Source: Phoronis australis (taxonomy: Eukaryota > Animalia > Phoronida). From it: a stretch of 64,000 nucleotides of DNA. Position 1 is the stretch's first letter. Every line of letters begins with the position of its first letter. A program made the translations under genes and the position numbers. Of the stretch, positions 38,719 through 51,800 are shown in pieces. The DNA lies in assembly GCA_002633005.1 (NCBI GenBank), contig NMRA01000001.1, positions 4,209,180 to 4,273,179 of the forward strand. Reading direction: 5' to 3'. Under the pieces are notes generated by a model. The model saw nothing but the letters and a program-made list of their open reading frames with translations. It made no database searches and was not told the DNA's origin.

Positions 38719-41700
38719 TATGTACTTCTTTAAGCTCCATGTATTTTGAGCATCAAACAATAAAAGTTACTCTTAATGACAGTAAAACAAAACGACGTTT
38801 GGACCACCAACACTGTCCTCTGGACCACTGTTGGTAATCCTCAGGAGTAAGTTGTCAAGCAATAGTTTTCACCATGAGGTGGTTATAATTTTCAGTAAAA
38901 CATACCAAAAACCAGAATACCCAACAGGTTCGCACTTACTTGTCAATAAATTTTGTCCTGTTGTTGTTCTTTGACCCTTTACTCTATCATGTATTTAAGT
39001 TAAATGCAGTCTTACTACCTGGGTTATTTACATGGGCACATGTCTGAGTGATTTTCATGAAATTTTGGCAAATAGGTTTCTATTAGGGAGATAACGTCTT
39101 TCCGTATCCAGATGGACTTGGCCTATTCTGCGCCACTTTTTTAGCATTGGCCTCGCTGTCTGCCAAACTGCTCAAATTATCATTATAAAACTTAGCAGGT
39201 CTATTCCTTATGAGAAGAACATGGCAGACATTGCTGTGGTGTCCCCTTTTGGGTGATTTTGTCTTTTCCTTCCATATAGTTCTTTAATCCTTTTCAGAAT
39301 CTTTGTAAAATGTTTTTCAAAAATGTATGACTTCCTGTAAATGTGACAATGGCTTCCCACGATTTTTTAGACGCCTCTAATTTCTAGGCCATCTAGTGAC
39401 CATTTGCATGATACTAATAAACATTCCTAGTAGCTTTGCTGTTTGTAGTGCATTTTTTATGCATTTTAACACTCCACATTGCGTTTACAGAAAATACTAA
39501 CAAAATGTTCATTCCAATTTGCTAACCGAACATAATACACAGGGTTTCACCCACCCACCTACACATTGAATACATGTCACAGAGGCTCCTAAATGGCCAG
39601 GGCAATGCTTGGCACACCAAAGCTCTGTGTGGCCCTCGGTAGAAGTGTTTCGTCATCTGGCATGAATTCACTGCTCAGTTATTTTTGTGTGCCTTCAAAA
39701 CTCAAAGCATTTCTCCCAATCCTGTGTCCTGTCATATATGTCACAAACGTCTCATCCTTGGTGATAGGTCACAAAGTGTGGGGTATTTGCAAGCTGGATT
39801 CGTTCTCACGTCGTTCTGGACACATTTTGGCTTTATTGTGTAATGCTCCATACCATCATTTTCACCGTCTGCTGTTTGTGGTGTTGCACTGTGGCAGATT
39901 CACTCGCCTGAAGTCAAGTCCACTACTTTGAATGTTGTAGAAAATAATTTTTCACTTGTTCGTTATATTCAGTACTGGGTTATCCATTTTGATAATTTTG
40001 AATGAATTTCTATTACAAAGCTCTATTTTAATGCTTCCCCTCCGTCCCCCCCAGCACAAACTAGGGGACCCTCCTGCCCTGGGGTTGAGATTAACCATGA
40101 CTAACCGTGAAACAATGTGGCAACTGAGGAAGGTAACAAGATTTGCACAATGCACCTGCCAGCTGTTGCGCCATTAACAGGTGATTTCACAGTATTTGTT
40201 GCCTGTGTTAGATACAATCTGCTAAGAGTGACACTGTCGTATCTTCATCATGTACAGTTGACTAGACCAACAAATTGAAGGGATACTCAACTCCTCAGTA
40301 TTTGTTTCTTGTAATTGGCAGGACAAATACTCTGCAGTCGGTATGACCTGAGGATCTCTGACATTCCGATGTTTGCAAGAAAATTATGAAAGCAAGAGTG
40401 TTTTCACAAATTGTGCTTGTTGATTTTATTGTCTCTGCTCTGAAAACTAACACAATTTGTGCAACTGTTTATTCAAGAATTTCAAAACAGTTTATCTATG
40501 GGTAGGGGAGTGTTTAGAATAACTGATCTGGTTATAGGGCAGTCACTGTAAAAACACTACAGTCTCCTAAGAAGGTATGTTGTGAAACTTGTTAACAGTC
40601 TTCAGATTGAGCCACAGTATCTGTACAGACCTGGGAAGCTTAAATTTGGGAAATTAAAAAGAAAAAAGGCATGGTTGGCTTTAAGCAGAGCAGGGGCTTT
40701 TAAAAACAGAATCTTTGAATTAGTTTGAATGGGCATTTACCCGAAATGTCGATTCCTGCAAGCAAATGCCCTTGATAAATCTTTGTTATGATATTATTAT
40801 AATGTAGTGTATGCCTTTAGAACCACATTGGTGTCTGCTTCTGTGACAATGGGTATATTCCCTCTCAAGTGAATGCTTGTCACCCAAAGGTAAATGAGTT
40901 GCATACAGCTAAAATTCTCGTGAGTGAGGTGGGTTCACAAAGACACTGGCACATTTAAGGAAGTCTCAGTTGTGGGTAGACATTTTGGGACTGGATATTT
41001 TGGTGAACATGGGCGTTATACTGGATGAGTAGGGCGTTAATCAGTTTTCTGAACATAATTTAAATTGTGCTTAATCATCTTGCTCAGTATAACTAGTGGT
41101 AGGGCAGTGTCTGCCTAGGAACAGTTCCCGGGAGAGGGTGGCGAGCAAGCTTACATGGGGTGCGATATACGGGACGTACCAATCAGATGGGTAGCTTTTT
41201 CACGTCGTCTAATTACATTCCCTTTAAAGGTGTTGGATCTCTTCAAAAGGGTCCCACAGGACTCAGTGACAAGATGATTGACATCTTATTAATTTTTTGC
41301 ATTAAAAGGAATACAGTTCAACAGTTTTTTATTCAGATTTCTAGATTTGGATAAAGGAAAAGTAAAATTTGAATTAAATTAAAATTCAATGACTAAGGAA
41401 CTCCTACAAAGTAGGTAAATTTCCTTTACATGTAGGTGTTCGTAGATGCTCCCATCAGTGGGGTCTTCTTTAATCGTTTTTACTCCCTAAGAGATTGAGG
41501 TTTCATATTGCCAATTTTCTAAAAGGGTGGTTATCCCAATGTTGCAATGGCATAGACCGGATACCTTCAAAACTATAAGATTGTGTTATCTGTATGGACG
41601 TCTTATGGTCCTGGTCTTTGTCTGTGTTTGAAATAGGTAGAAACACCACAGGGTGTCTTGTTTTAGCTTGGTCGCAAAAATGTGCATCACTGTGTGCGTG

Positions 41701-42240
41701 TTTGTGTTTGAAATATGCAAAAACACCACACATAGTCTTGTTTTAGGTCAGTCTCATACGTGTTTATGTGTGCATGAGTGCTTGTGTGTTTTGTAGTGCT
41801 CAGGTAAACCAGTCAGACAAAAGTCGACCTTTCTCAGCACTGAGTCGAGGGGTGGTATTGTGTGCACCTTCTATGGTGCGTGTTCAATCGTTTTTATTGG
41901 CAAAGAGTATGATTTAATAATAGACTGTCTTTGGTCAAGGTGTATTCATGTATAGACTGGAGGTGTGGTGATCCATCTGATGTCTTGTGTATTTATTTAC
42001 AGGGTCAGACTGAGTGTGCCATGGAGTATGTATGTAGCTAGACCAGCTCAGAGGTTCAGCTCATAACTGTTTACCAGGTACCAGGTATCGGCTACTGTAG
42101 GTTTTTATACCTTTATAACTGAAGTATATTCTCATTTCTGAGATGAATGGTATTTCTAGTCGTGGTGGTCCTCTGACAGATCCAGCTTTAGCTCTTTCTT
42201 ATGAGTGTGGGGAACACGCTGTCATTTTAGCTAGAGGCAG

Positions 42241-42364
42241 TAGTTTGGTATAACTGATATAACATGCCGCATTTTGAGAACCAGTTGATGCCCGTTATTC
42301 AGTGGAGAAAACTGGTTCCCAAAATACGGGCACGTTATATCAGATTATTGCCAAGTAAACACTA
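42241..42364. mobile_element. Small palindromic MITE-like element
   Basis: TGGTATAACTGATATAACATGCCGCATTTTGAGAACCAGTT pairs with AACTGGTTCCCAAAATACGGGCACGTTATATCAGATTATTGCCA. Confidence 0.6.
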
Positions 42365-42511
42365 TTTTGCTCTTTGTGAGGAGACATTTTAAACATGAAA
42401 TCTTAATTATTTTAATAATTATGCATTTATAATGTGATTTTTTAATTGATTTTATTTCCCTGCTAGGTGGTCTCAGTGCATACAGATTTTTGTGATATTT
42501 TCGCATACTTT

Positions 42512-42757
42512 TAGTTAGTAAGGGGACATGTCATAACTGGGCTTCTGGTTAGTAAGGGGACATGTCAGGACAGGGGTCCAGGTTAGTAAGGGGAGACATC
42601 GGCACAGGGCCCCAGATTAGTAAGGGGACACGTCAGGACAGGACCCCAGGTTAGTAAGGGGACATGCCAAGAAGGGCCCCAGGTTAGTAAGGAGACGTGT
42701 CAGGACAGGGCTTCCAAATTAATAAAGGACCACGTCAGGACAGGGCTCCAGACTAGT
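42512..42757. repeat. ~34-bp minisatellite
   Basis: Unit approximately GGTTAGTAAGGGGACAYGTCAGGACAGGGCCCCA, ~7 copies. Confidence 0.85.
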
Positions 42758-44708
42758 AGTAAAAAATTCTGGTGTATGTTCAGGATTATTTTCTTGAACA
42801 ATATTCATTATCCGAAGCACTCATTTCTTTGTCTGTTTCATGCAAAAAATTCTAAAAAACGAACCCAAAATTTTATTTAACAGCTTTTCAGTATTAGAAA
42901 GGGGTCAGTTGTGGTCAAAGCTTATGCCTGTGTTCTTTTGGGTCTAATTATTCAAAAATAAAAGTTTAATGACAAGTTGTGACCCCGGCCAAGATCAGGT
43001 TGAAACGATGCATGCCCTACACCCTTCTACCAAATTTCATCAAAATACAACCAAGGTTTTTTAGATATTGAGAAAACAGCTGGGACAACCAGACAAAATG
43101 GACACTAGGGGGTGCTGCAGTGGTTGAATGTGCCCGAAAATTGAATAGTCCTGGGACACTGCTATCTTATATAACCGTACTCCTGTGTCAAGTTTTACTG
43201 TAATTTCTATGGACATCATCTGGAAACTTTTCCAGTTGGTGTAAAAATGACTGATTTCAATGAAACTTAGTACAGGGAATGTGTGATGATACTGCTCCAC
43301 CACAAGTCAATTTTTGGCAAATTGGACCTCTGCAACATCTTATAGTTGACAGTTTGGTCTTGGCAAGGGGCTTTTTTATTGATATTTTGGGGACGAAGTG
43401 CATTTTTGTATGGTTTCTAGAAATGCAAGCAATGGATTTCAATTAAACTTTGAGACAGAGGTATGTTACGGTAACGTGCTGGTACCAGTCACTTATTAGG
43501 CAGATTTGACTACTGCAGCAACCCCTAGTGGCGGTTCATATTTGCAGAGGATTGCAGCTAACCATCGAGTCCTGTAGCATTATGTCATTTCGTGTCTATC
43601 TTTGTAAAGTTTTGTAAAACCTCATGATTTTTTATGGAAAGAAGTAGATTTTACACAGTGATTTTTGGATGCCTAATGCTCTGTCCCATTTATGACATGT
43701 TTTACTGCTTTGTTGCAAACCTTGAAAACTTCTTGATTTGAAGTTATTAATTTTAAAAGGTGAAATACCAGCATGAAAGCTATGTATGCATCACCTACAA
43801 TATCCTGTTTGTGGTGCACTGTAAGCGGATATCAATGCTTTGTGTTGATTTTTATTGTTGAAAGTCAAAAGGCAGCTGGTTTGTAAATTATGCAATTCAT
43901 TTTCAGCTGTCGTTCTTTGATTTTTTTCATTAACAGTCCTGAAACCAATGCTCTGTTTCAGTCAATCTGTTTGGACATTTCTGTGGGGAGGTTTCTGTGT
44001 TAAGTCTGGCAATGCGAGTAGTCTCTTCTCTGACTGAGGTCACCTCTTATCAATAAGGCAATGAATTGATTGCTTGCTTGTATCTAAATCCTTGATGATG
44101 TTGTGACTCATCTTCAACACATTGCTATTACTGATGGACGCTGCACTGTTTTTTCACTCGGACATTTGGCACACCGTTGACTGTTTTTTAGCCAACAGCA
44201 GCTGAACCACTGTGGGCCTTTTAATACTGATCATGTGTTGGTTTGTTTTGAAGGTTGTCTAGATGACAATCTTGAGTTATGTTTACGTTATTATGTGCAC
44301 TGTGCAGAAATGGTGTACCACTTTGTGCTTTTGAACAGGAGGTAGGTTATGTACTATACAGTTATTAACATACGGCAATATTATGGCCTCAGTTTGCAAC
44401 GTATCATGTGAAGCTATGTTTATGTAGAATGAATTTTTCTTAAAAGCGTCATTTGCTTTGGCATCAGTGTGGTAATCACGCTATATAGACTTGGCATGAA
44501 TTGCATGCTAAAGAATAGGTGCCATGGTAAATGGCAAATTAATGTTTTAGCTCTGTGAGTATCCTTCACTTGACCCAATTCCAATTCCAGGCTAGTGAGA
44601 TTTTAAGATGTGCTTAGCTGTCAAGGCTTTCATTACAAATATTTTGAGAGTTTGGAATGTTTGTGTAAGTCATTTGACTATGAGGTCACTACTGTACCTA
44701 TCTAGGTA

Positions 44709-45022
44709 CCTGGGGAGGGGTGGATTTGGGTAACTCACATTGACAAGGTGCCCGCAGGCGTGTATCAAGAATTGCTGAGAGACTCCCTATTGCCGGTGCC
44801 AGGTCTGCTAATTTCCACAGCCTTTTGGAGGGAAGACGGCCAGTGCACCTTTTGTGAGGCTGAGGCTAATGCATTGGGCTTTTTGCGGAGACTAAATGGA
44901 AATTTAGGGATCTACTGGACCTCACATAGGTCCCGCAAACTTGCTGAAAAAGTACCACTTACCCACAATTTTTGGTACACGCCTGCGTCCACCTTGTCAA
45001 TACGAGTGCCCCTACCCCCGGG
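44709..45022. mobile_element. MITE with G/C-run termini and subterminal inverted repeats
   Basis: CTCACATTGACAAGGTGCCCGCAGGCGTGTATCA near the left end is the near reverse complement of TGGTACACGCCTGCGTCCACCTTGTCAATACGAG near the right end. Termini read CCTGGGGAGGGG ... CCCCCGGG. Confidence 0.7.
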
Positions 45023-45544
45023 TTTAGGTGTTACTCCGCACTAAACCCTTATTCGGACACCTCGTGGTGGATAAAATCACTATAAGCCAACACTGTCATA
45101 TGGCTCTGCACTATTTATGACAGGGTTTCCAGACAGCTACTGGGCATTTCAGCTTTGCTCGCCATTCAAATGTGGCAGGCCACATGACAATCTCAAACTG
45201 TCAAGATTCCTCAATATTTAGTGCAGATTTGCATAGTCACACTTGTATGGCTTCCTGGCTGTCACCTATATGTACCATTCCTATCTAGGTATTACTCTCC
45301 ACTATCCCCATACTTGGACACCTCATGTGGTGGAGACAAAATCACTGAGCCCAAGAGATCTTACGACTCGCTATATTACCAGGCATTGCAGCTTAGCTCA
45401 CCAGCCAAATATGACAGGCCACACGACAATCTCAAACTTGCTAGTTAGCAAAGTTTCAAGTCATATGGTACAAATGGGTGTAAGTGACGCATTAGATGTG
45501 GAGGTATTTGTCAGATATCTTATTACTGTTCACGATGACCTGTG

Positions 45545-45858
45545 TCGATCTCATCACAGCTCATCATGCCTGGTGCCTCCAGTATCACTACTAACTGATC
45601 ACATGTAGGTGATAATGGAGTGTCTATCTCATTAGAGTTTATCATGCCCCTGTACCTTGAGCATCACTACCAACTGATCACATGTAGGTGATAATGGAGT
45701 ATCTATCTCATTAGAGTTTATCATGCCCTGTACCTTGAGCATCACTACCAACTGATTACATGTAGGTGATAATGGAGTGTCTATCTCATTTCAGCTCATC
45801 ATGCCCAGTGCTTCCAGTATCACTACCAACTGGTCACTTGTAGATAATAATGGAATTC
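45545..45858 (+). repeat. 78-bp tandem array comprising the CEP170 start-exon acceptor and ATG plus three upstream degenerate copies
   Basis: ATGs at 45566, 45644, 45723 and 45801 (functional), each followed by CATCACTACCAACTG-like and TGTAG.T.ATAATGGA sequence. Confidence 0.9.
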
Positions 45859-48800
45859 CCTTCCGACTGCCACGTACCATGGTCTTCCTTGGACGGGAGG
45901 AATGTGACATCTCTTTAAAGGTCAGCACCTTCACTTTCCCAAGTTTCATCAAAAATGCTTAGTTACATGTGTGTGCGTGGCACAAAGAAATTTGTGATTT
46001 GGGGAACATTTAAGAATGTAATATCCAGGTTTAAATGACTGTGAGATGTTATTCAAAATAAAAGCCTTTAGAATTTCTTCAGATATAAAGCCAGTCTCTG
46101 TTATTCTTGTGTATCTGCCTTGACCACATCAACGAATGCTATCAGAATTAATGAAATGTTGAATTACCAAGGAAGTCAAACAACAAAGGTTGTGAAGTTT
46201 AAAATGGCAAATGTTGACTTGTTTTTTTAGTTGAAATAATGTGCTGCCCTGTAAAATTTGATCCCTCCCAAATATAAAAGCCATAGCTTTATATCCAAAG
46301 GTCATAGTTGAATTTGGGATTGGGATTTTGCAGTTATTTTTCTTGTTGGGAGCCGAATGTCATTGTTCAATTGGGGTTAGTGGCGCTTGTGCTGTTACGT
46401 TATTTCATCAGTTATGCTATTTCATCAGTTACGTTATTTCATCAGTTACACAAACGTTTTAGCTTTGGGGTTCTAGTCGGAAATTACTTTCTAATTTTTT
46501 AAAAATTTTGATTGAACGTCTACTGCTTTGCTTCACGGATGATGTTCTACCTGGTAAAGGCATGCTTTCAAATACGAAAACTTGATCAATCTGGTTTCGC
46601 AGTTCAGTTGCGGTCATACCTAGAGACATCGTATTGTCTTAGCATAACGCCTGGACATATTGTATTGACATCATTTCTAGAGACATCGTATTTTGGTGGC
46701 ATTGTATTGTGTTGATGTGATACCTGTAGACATTGTATTGTCTTAACATCATCCGTGGAGACATCATATTGTCTTAACGTCATACCTGGAGAAATCATAT
46801 TTTGTTAATGTCATACTTGGAGACATAGTATTGTGTTAACGTCATACCTGGAAACATATTATTGTTTTAATGTCATACCCGGAGACATCGTATTGTGTTA
46901 ACATCATACTTGGAGACATAGTATTGTGTTAACGTCATACTTGGTGACATCGTATTGTGTTAACGTCATACCTGGAGAGACACATCTTTTGTTTGTGCAC
47001 TTTTCACTGCATCAATCCCCATATCGCATACATTGTTTGTCCCAGGAATTCAATAGCCCTCAGTTTTGTTTTTTTTTTTTGACAGGGTGTTTCTAATCGT
47101 TTGATCTACTTCTTTGCTTCATTGTTTTACTTTACGGCTCATTTTCTGTCTGGTTACAGTCACGGAGTGTAGATAAGCGGCATGCCGTTATAACATATGA
47201 TCACTACCAAAACAAGTTCAAACTTAAAGATCTCAGCAGCGTTAATGGCGTGAGTATTTCTTCTGTCTGGACATTGTCCATGGAGTTTGTATTGTCCTTG
47301 AGGTTTTACTCATCATCGCTAAGTTTGTATTGTCCTTGTGTTACTCATCATAACTAAGTTAGTATTACCCTTATGTTACTCATCATTGGAAAGTTAATAT
47401 TGCCCTTGTGTTATTGATCATAACTGGGTTAGTATTGCCCTTGTGTTATTTGGTATTGCCCTTGTGTTACTCATTATAGTTTAGTTAGTATTGCCCTTGT
47501 GTTATTCATCATTGGTGCAATGTCATTTTTGACCCCTGACCTCTATTCTCGGAATTGGAATGTGCGAATTAATAGAGTGGTTATCAAATCATCAAAACAG
47601 TTGTTTAAAACGATTGACAATATTTTCTGTTCGTTTTCGCTATGTATGACATAACACATTCTCTAGTTCAATAGTGACGGCCACGTTGTGTACGACTGCT
47701 GCAAGCTACAATGTTCTTGTCCTTTTCACAGAGAGTTTTGGTGCACCCATTGAATTTTGTAGGCAAGGCCCCTGGGGGTGCCAGCAATCTGACCCTTTAA
47801 ATAATTTAACTCAGATTAAAAGAACATAATTGGCGTGCCCTGTTTAAGAATCTATACTTCAAACTCTCAAAGTAAATTGCCTCTAAGGAACCTCTGGAGA
47901 ATGCACATCCACACGGGGAGGGAACTAAGGAGTAAAGCAATGGACATATTGTATGTGTACAAAGTGAATGGGTTTGTTCATTTAAGACATCACAAATACA
48001 CAGTCTGCCGTAGATGCTGGCTATTTAGATGAAATAAGATTTGTATACTGAACTTGGCATTAAAGCTGTCTCGTCATTAGCTTTCCAGAGTGAGTCAGAT
48101 CCTTCATTGACCTAGTTAGTGCCAATTGACCTAGTTAAGATTTGCCTATTATGATAAGCCACAGTTGCACATTGATTATGTTTATAGCCCAGCATTGATA
48201 TGTATAAGCTGGAATAGCGCAACAGTGTGGTGATGTGTGTGTGACCATGTTGTGACAGGGGTGGGACTGAGTCTGTTCTGCAGAACTGGTGTGGAGCTGC
48301 AAACCTGATGTGGAGCCGGGCCAGAACAGTTCAGGTACACAATCTGGACTGGTATTGGCTAGACTTACTCTGCTGAGGGCAGTGAAGTGGTGATTAATGG
48401 CGTTTGTTCTGTCTGTGCTGGTTAGGTCTAGCATTCTGCCCAACTGTTAAGCATAAGCATAACTTGAAATTGTCATCAATAAGTCTAGCATTAGTCAGTT
48501 GCACTGGTCCCAGATGTGAGGCCAGTTTGCTGCCCCGATTCCGTGAAAGAAACTGGTTTTCTATGACTGCAATAATTGGAATTTATGCTTGTGGATTATT
48601 GTTGATAGCATGCCATTGGTATTATGTAAGTAAATTGGCCCTGTCAACATGGACCTGATTCATCTGACTTGAAAAGCAAGGGTATAATGTTGAGGTGGTT
48701 AAGTCACTCGGCTTTTGACAGGGTGTGCCCAGCTGAGGGAATGGACCCACCTTTTGGGGGGTCGACAACATGAAACCTTTCTTGTTAGAAAGTGAGCTGG

Positions 48801-51800
48801 ATGAAGATGGACATATTTGTGGGAGCTTCTATGAAAGTGTCTCCCATTATCCATGTGAAGGGTTGTAAACCCTGCAAAATGCCTCTCTGTTGAATTTAAT
48901 TTGAATGCACAACCCATTTAACTGTATTCTATTTAACTCAACAAACTGCATTGTAAAATTTGTCACCTTTTGTTGATTTCTGTTACAAAATGGAATCTTT
49001 GTTTAGATTTGCAATCCATAAAATGAACTCTTTGGTAGAGAATTTAATCGCAAAAAGCTGCACCCATAGGATGAGAAAGGAGCGGTGAATAAATCAGCCA
49101 TCTGAACGACATCTTCAACACACAGCTCCGGTGTGTCCATAGTAATGGTAGTGTTTAAAATATTTGCAAAGATGACTAAATTACATTTGATAATAATCTG
49201 TTTGATCAACTGAGGCTGAGAGCATGCAGGGCTTGATTGGTGACAATTAACTCATCCCTGAGTGTCTGCTGTGGGTACAGGTACACCTTGTGTTCGCTGT
49301 TAATGATTGCGCCCTCTATAGTCTGTTTGATCAGCTGAGGCAGTGAGTGGAATTTGGTTTGTAACAAGTTATCTTTGAGTGTCTGCTATCGGTGCAGATA
49401 CACGTTGTGTTGGCTGTTGATAGAGCGCGCCCCCTGTAGCCTCACAGTTCAAACAACCTGTAATTGAGCTGCCATAATATCAATGTATTATCACCTAGTT
49501 AAACTGAGATAACCTTCAAGTGTTTGTTTTGAGACATGTTCACCTGTGGGAGATTAAGGTAAGTTAACCAGTACTGTGTAGGTAGTCATGACAAGGCCAT
49601 TAATACATAACACTTAAAAGCACGCTGTGCAGTAGTTGGCACAATTCTGACCATATATCTTGTACAGTCTGCAATCGACATGTAAGGTACAAATAATAGG
49701 TGTGCATGCGTTTGTATGCGCGTGTGTGCACACTTGTGAGTATATGTATATATGTATATGTATATATACATATACATATACACATACATATACTCACAAT
49801 ATATTCAGATTTTGATTATGAATGTATAATTGTGTATGCTACACTGCCTTTTTTCTTTTCAGACATTTGTCAATGATCACAGAATACCAGATCAGGTATA
49901 CATCCCTTTAGAGAATGAAGACACAATACGATTCGGCTATGATATCCTTCCTCTTAATTTGAGTCCTTTTTATTTTGTCAACATTGTTCCTGTCATGAAT
50001 GTTAAACAAATTTCAGTGGCATTAATTTCTGGGCTATACAGTTGGCTATGCGTTGGCTTATACAGCTGACCCAAAGTTTGTTACCTTGGTATTGGCCGTT
50101 TGTGTACTTAAGAAGGCTGTATTTTCATTTCACCTTTTGCCTCTGATAGGTATAAGGTATCTATTGTAGAACAAAATGTTGTCCCGTGTTGTTGAATTTG
50201 ATAACTTGTTTTTAAGGTAAACTAATGATTCATTGACAGTTGTCATTACTTATGTATTTAATCTGTAAACAAGTGTTATATAGCGCGTATGTTTCACCCC
50301 AAGTATATGGAGCTTTTGATCATCCAGCGTCTCCTTGTCTGCATTTTTCACTAGAAAACTTTTCTTGCATTGAATTTTGTGAGTATTTGCTTTGTAACTA
50401 TCACGATCATTTGAAACAGAAGATAGACATTGCATGCATTTAACCATTGTCCATTGTACTATAAATCTCTCCTTCATTTATTGCTGTTATAGCATGAAAA
50501 ATATGCAAAATTATTTTTGAAATGATATTAAGACAGGAAATTTAACTGGTTACTTAAGGGTGAAATCGTGGAGTTTCCACTGTAGTATTTGGCCTTTTAT
50601 TGGTGTTGAATCTGTAATTCTTATATTAGGCCAAGAACCACCGTGATTGGTTCTGGTCTTTTTTTTTAAAATTGAACCTTTGTCCACATTTTTGTGAAAA
50701 AATGTCACCTGATTCCACCTGAACTTTGTCCGTATCCATCTTTTATTTGTACTTTTGGCATCATCTGATGCCCACTGAAATGGGTCGGGATATTTCTGTT
50801 TCTTTTTAGCACAGTGCCACCTCATGTCATTTTTGAGGAGCATGTTTCAAAATGGATTGGACCTGGAACAGAACCAAATAATGCTATTTTTGGCCTTTCT
50901 TAAGTTTTGTTGCTTTAGTACAAAATTGCGATTACATGGTTAACCTTAACCCTCATCCACATTCTACTGTCTTTCGATTGGAACGTATCACTGGGGATAG
51001 CAACCCTGTCTCTGATCTCTCGACATCAGAGGCTGTTCACACCCGACCAATAGATTATCAGGTGAGTTGTGGCATAGACTTCTGCTTCTCGACTCTAGAT
51101 GTTGTTTACACCTGACCAATAGATTGTCAGGTGAGCTGTGACACTGGTTTTGATTTCCTGACACTAGAGGGCGTTCACGTCTGACCAATAGATTGTCAAA
51201 ACTTCTGTTCCTTGACACTAGGTGGCATTTACTCCCAACTAATAAGTTGTCAGGTGAGTTGTGGCCCTGACTTTGGTCTCCCGACATTAGAGGGCGTTCA
51301 CACTCAGCCAACAGATGTTAGCCTGACTTGTGACCCTGGCTTTGGTTTCCCAACATAAGAGGGCGTTCGCTCCCGGCTGATTGCAAATTGTGTTTCATGA
51401 CTGGCGTCACCGAGGGCAGTCTTACTGGATAAGCACATGATCAGAGGTCGGAGTTAAGACATGAACTCTGGATTGCTGACACCAGACAGCATTGAAACTC
51501 AGCCTGTAGATTTAGTGGAAACCGCATTTTGTTGATGAACTGTCCTTTTGAAATGTTGGTAAATGAGAGATAATATTTGAAGATATTACTCTGAAATGCT
51601 TTGAATCCCAAAATCATGGGTTCCACAATTACGGTACCTCCCTGAGGTCACAATCCTTTGAAAAAACAAAGTACATAATGGTGTCTTTCCTCTTGAGCAG
51701 AAATTCAATAAAATCTGACGAGAGGTCACCTGTAGATGTTAGTTGTTAAGATTTCACTTTTCTGGCGACACAGTGTCATTCATTTTAATGACTTAACTGT

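Noticed and set aside
38469-38837. ORF with HHTLVNHPTNNNP repeats
   Set aside because: It is the translation of a 39-bp intronic minisatellite, has a non-ATG start, and has no supporting splice context.
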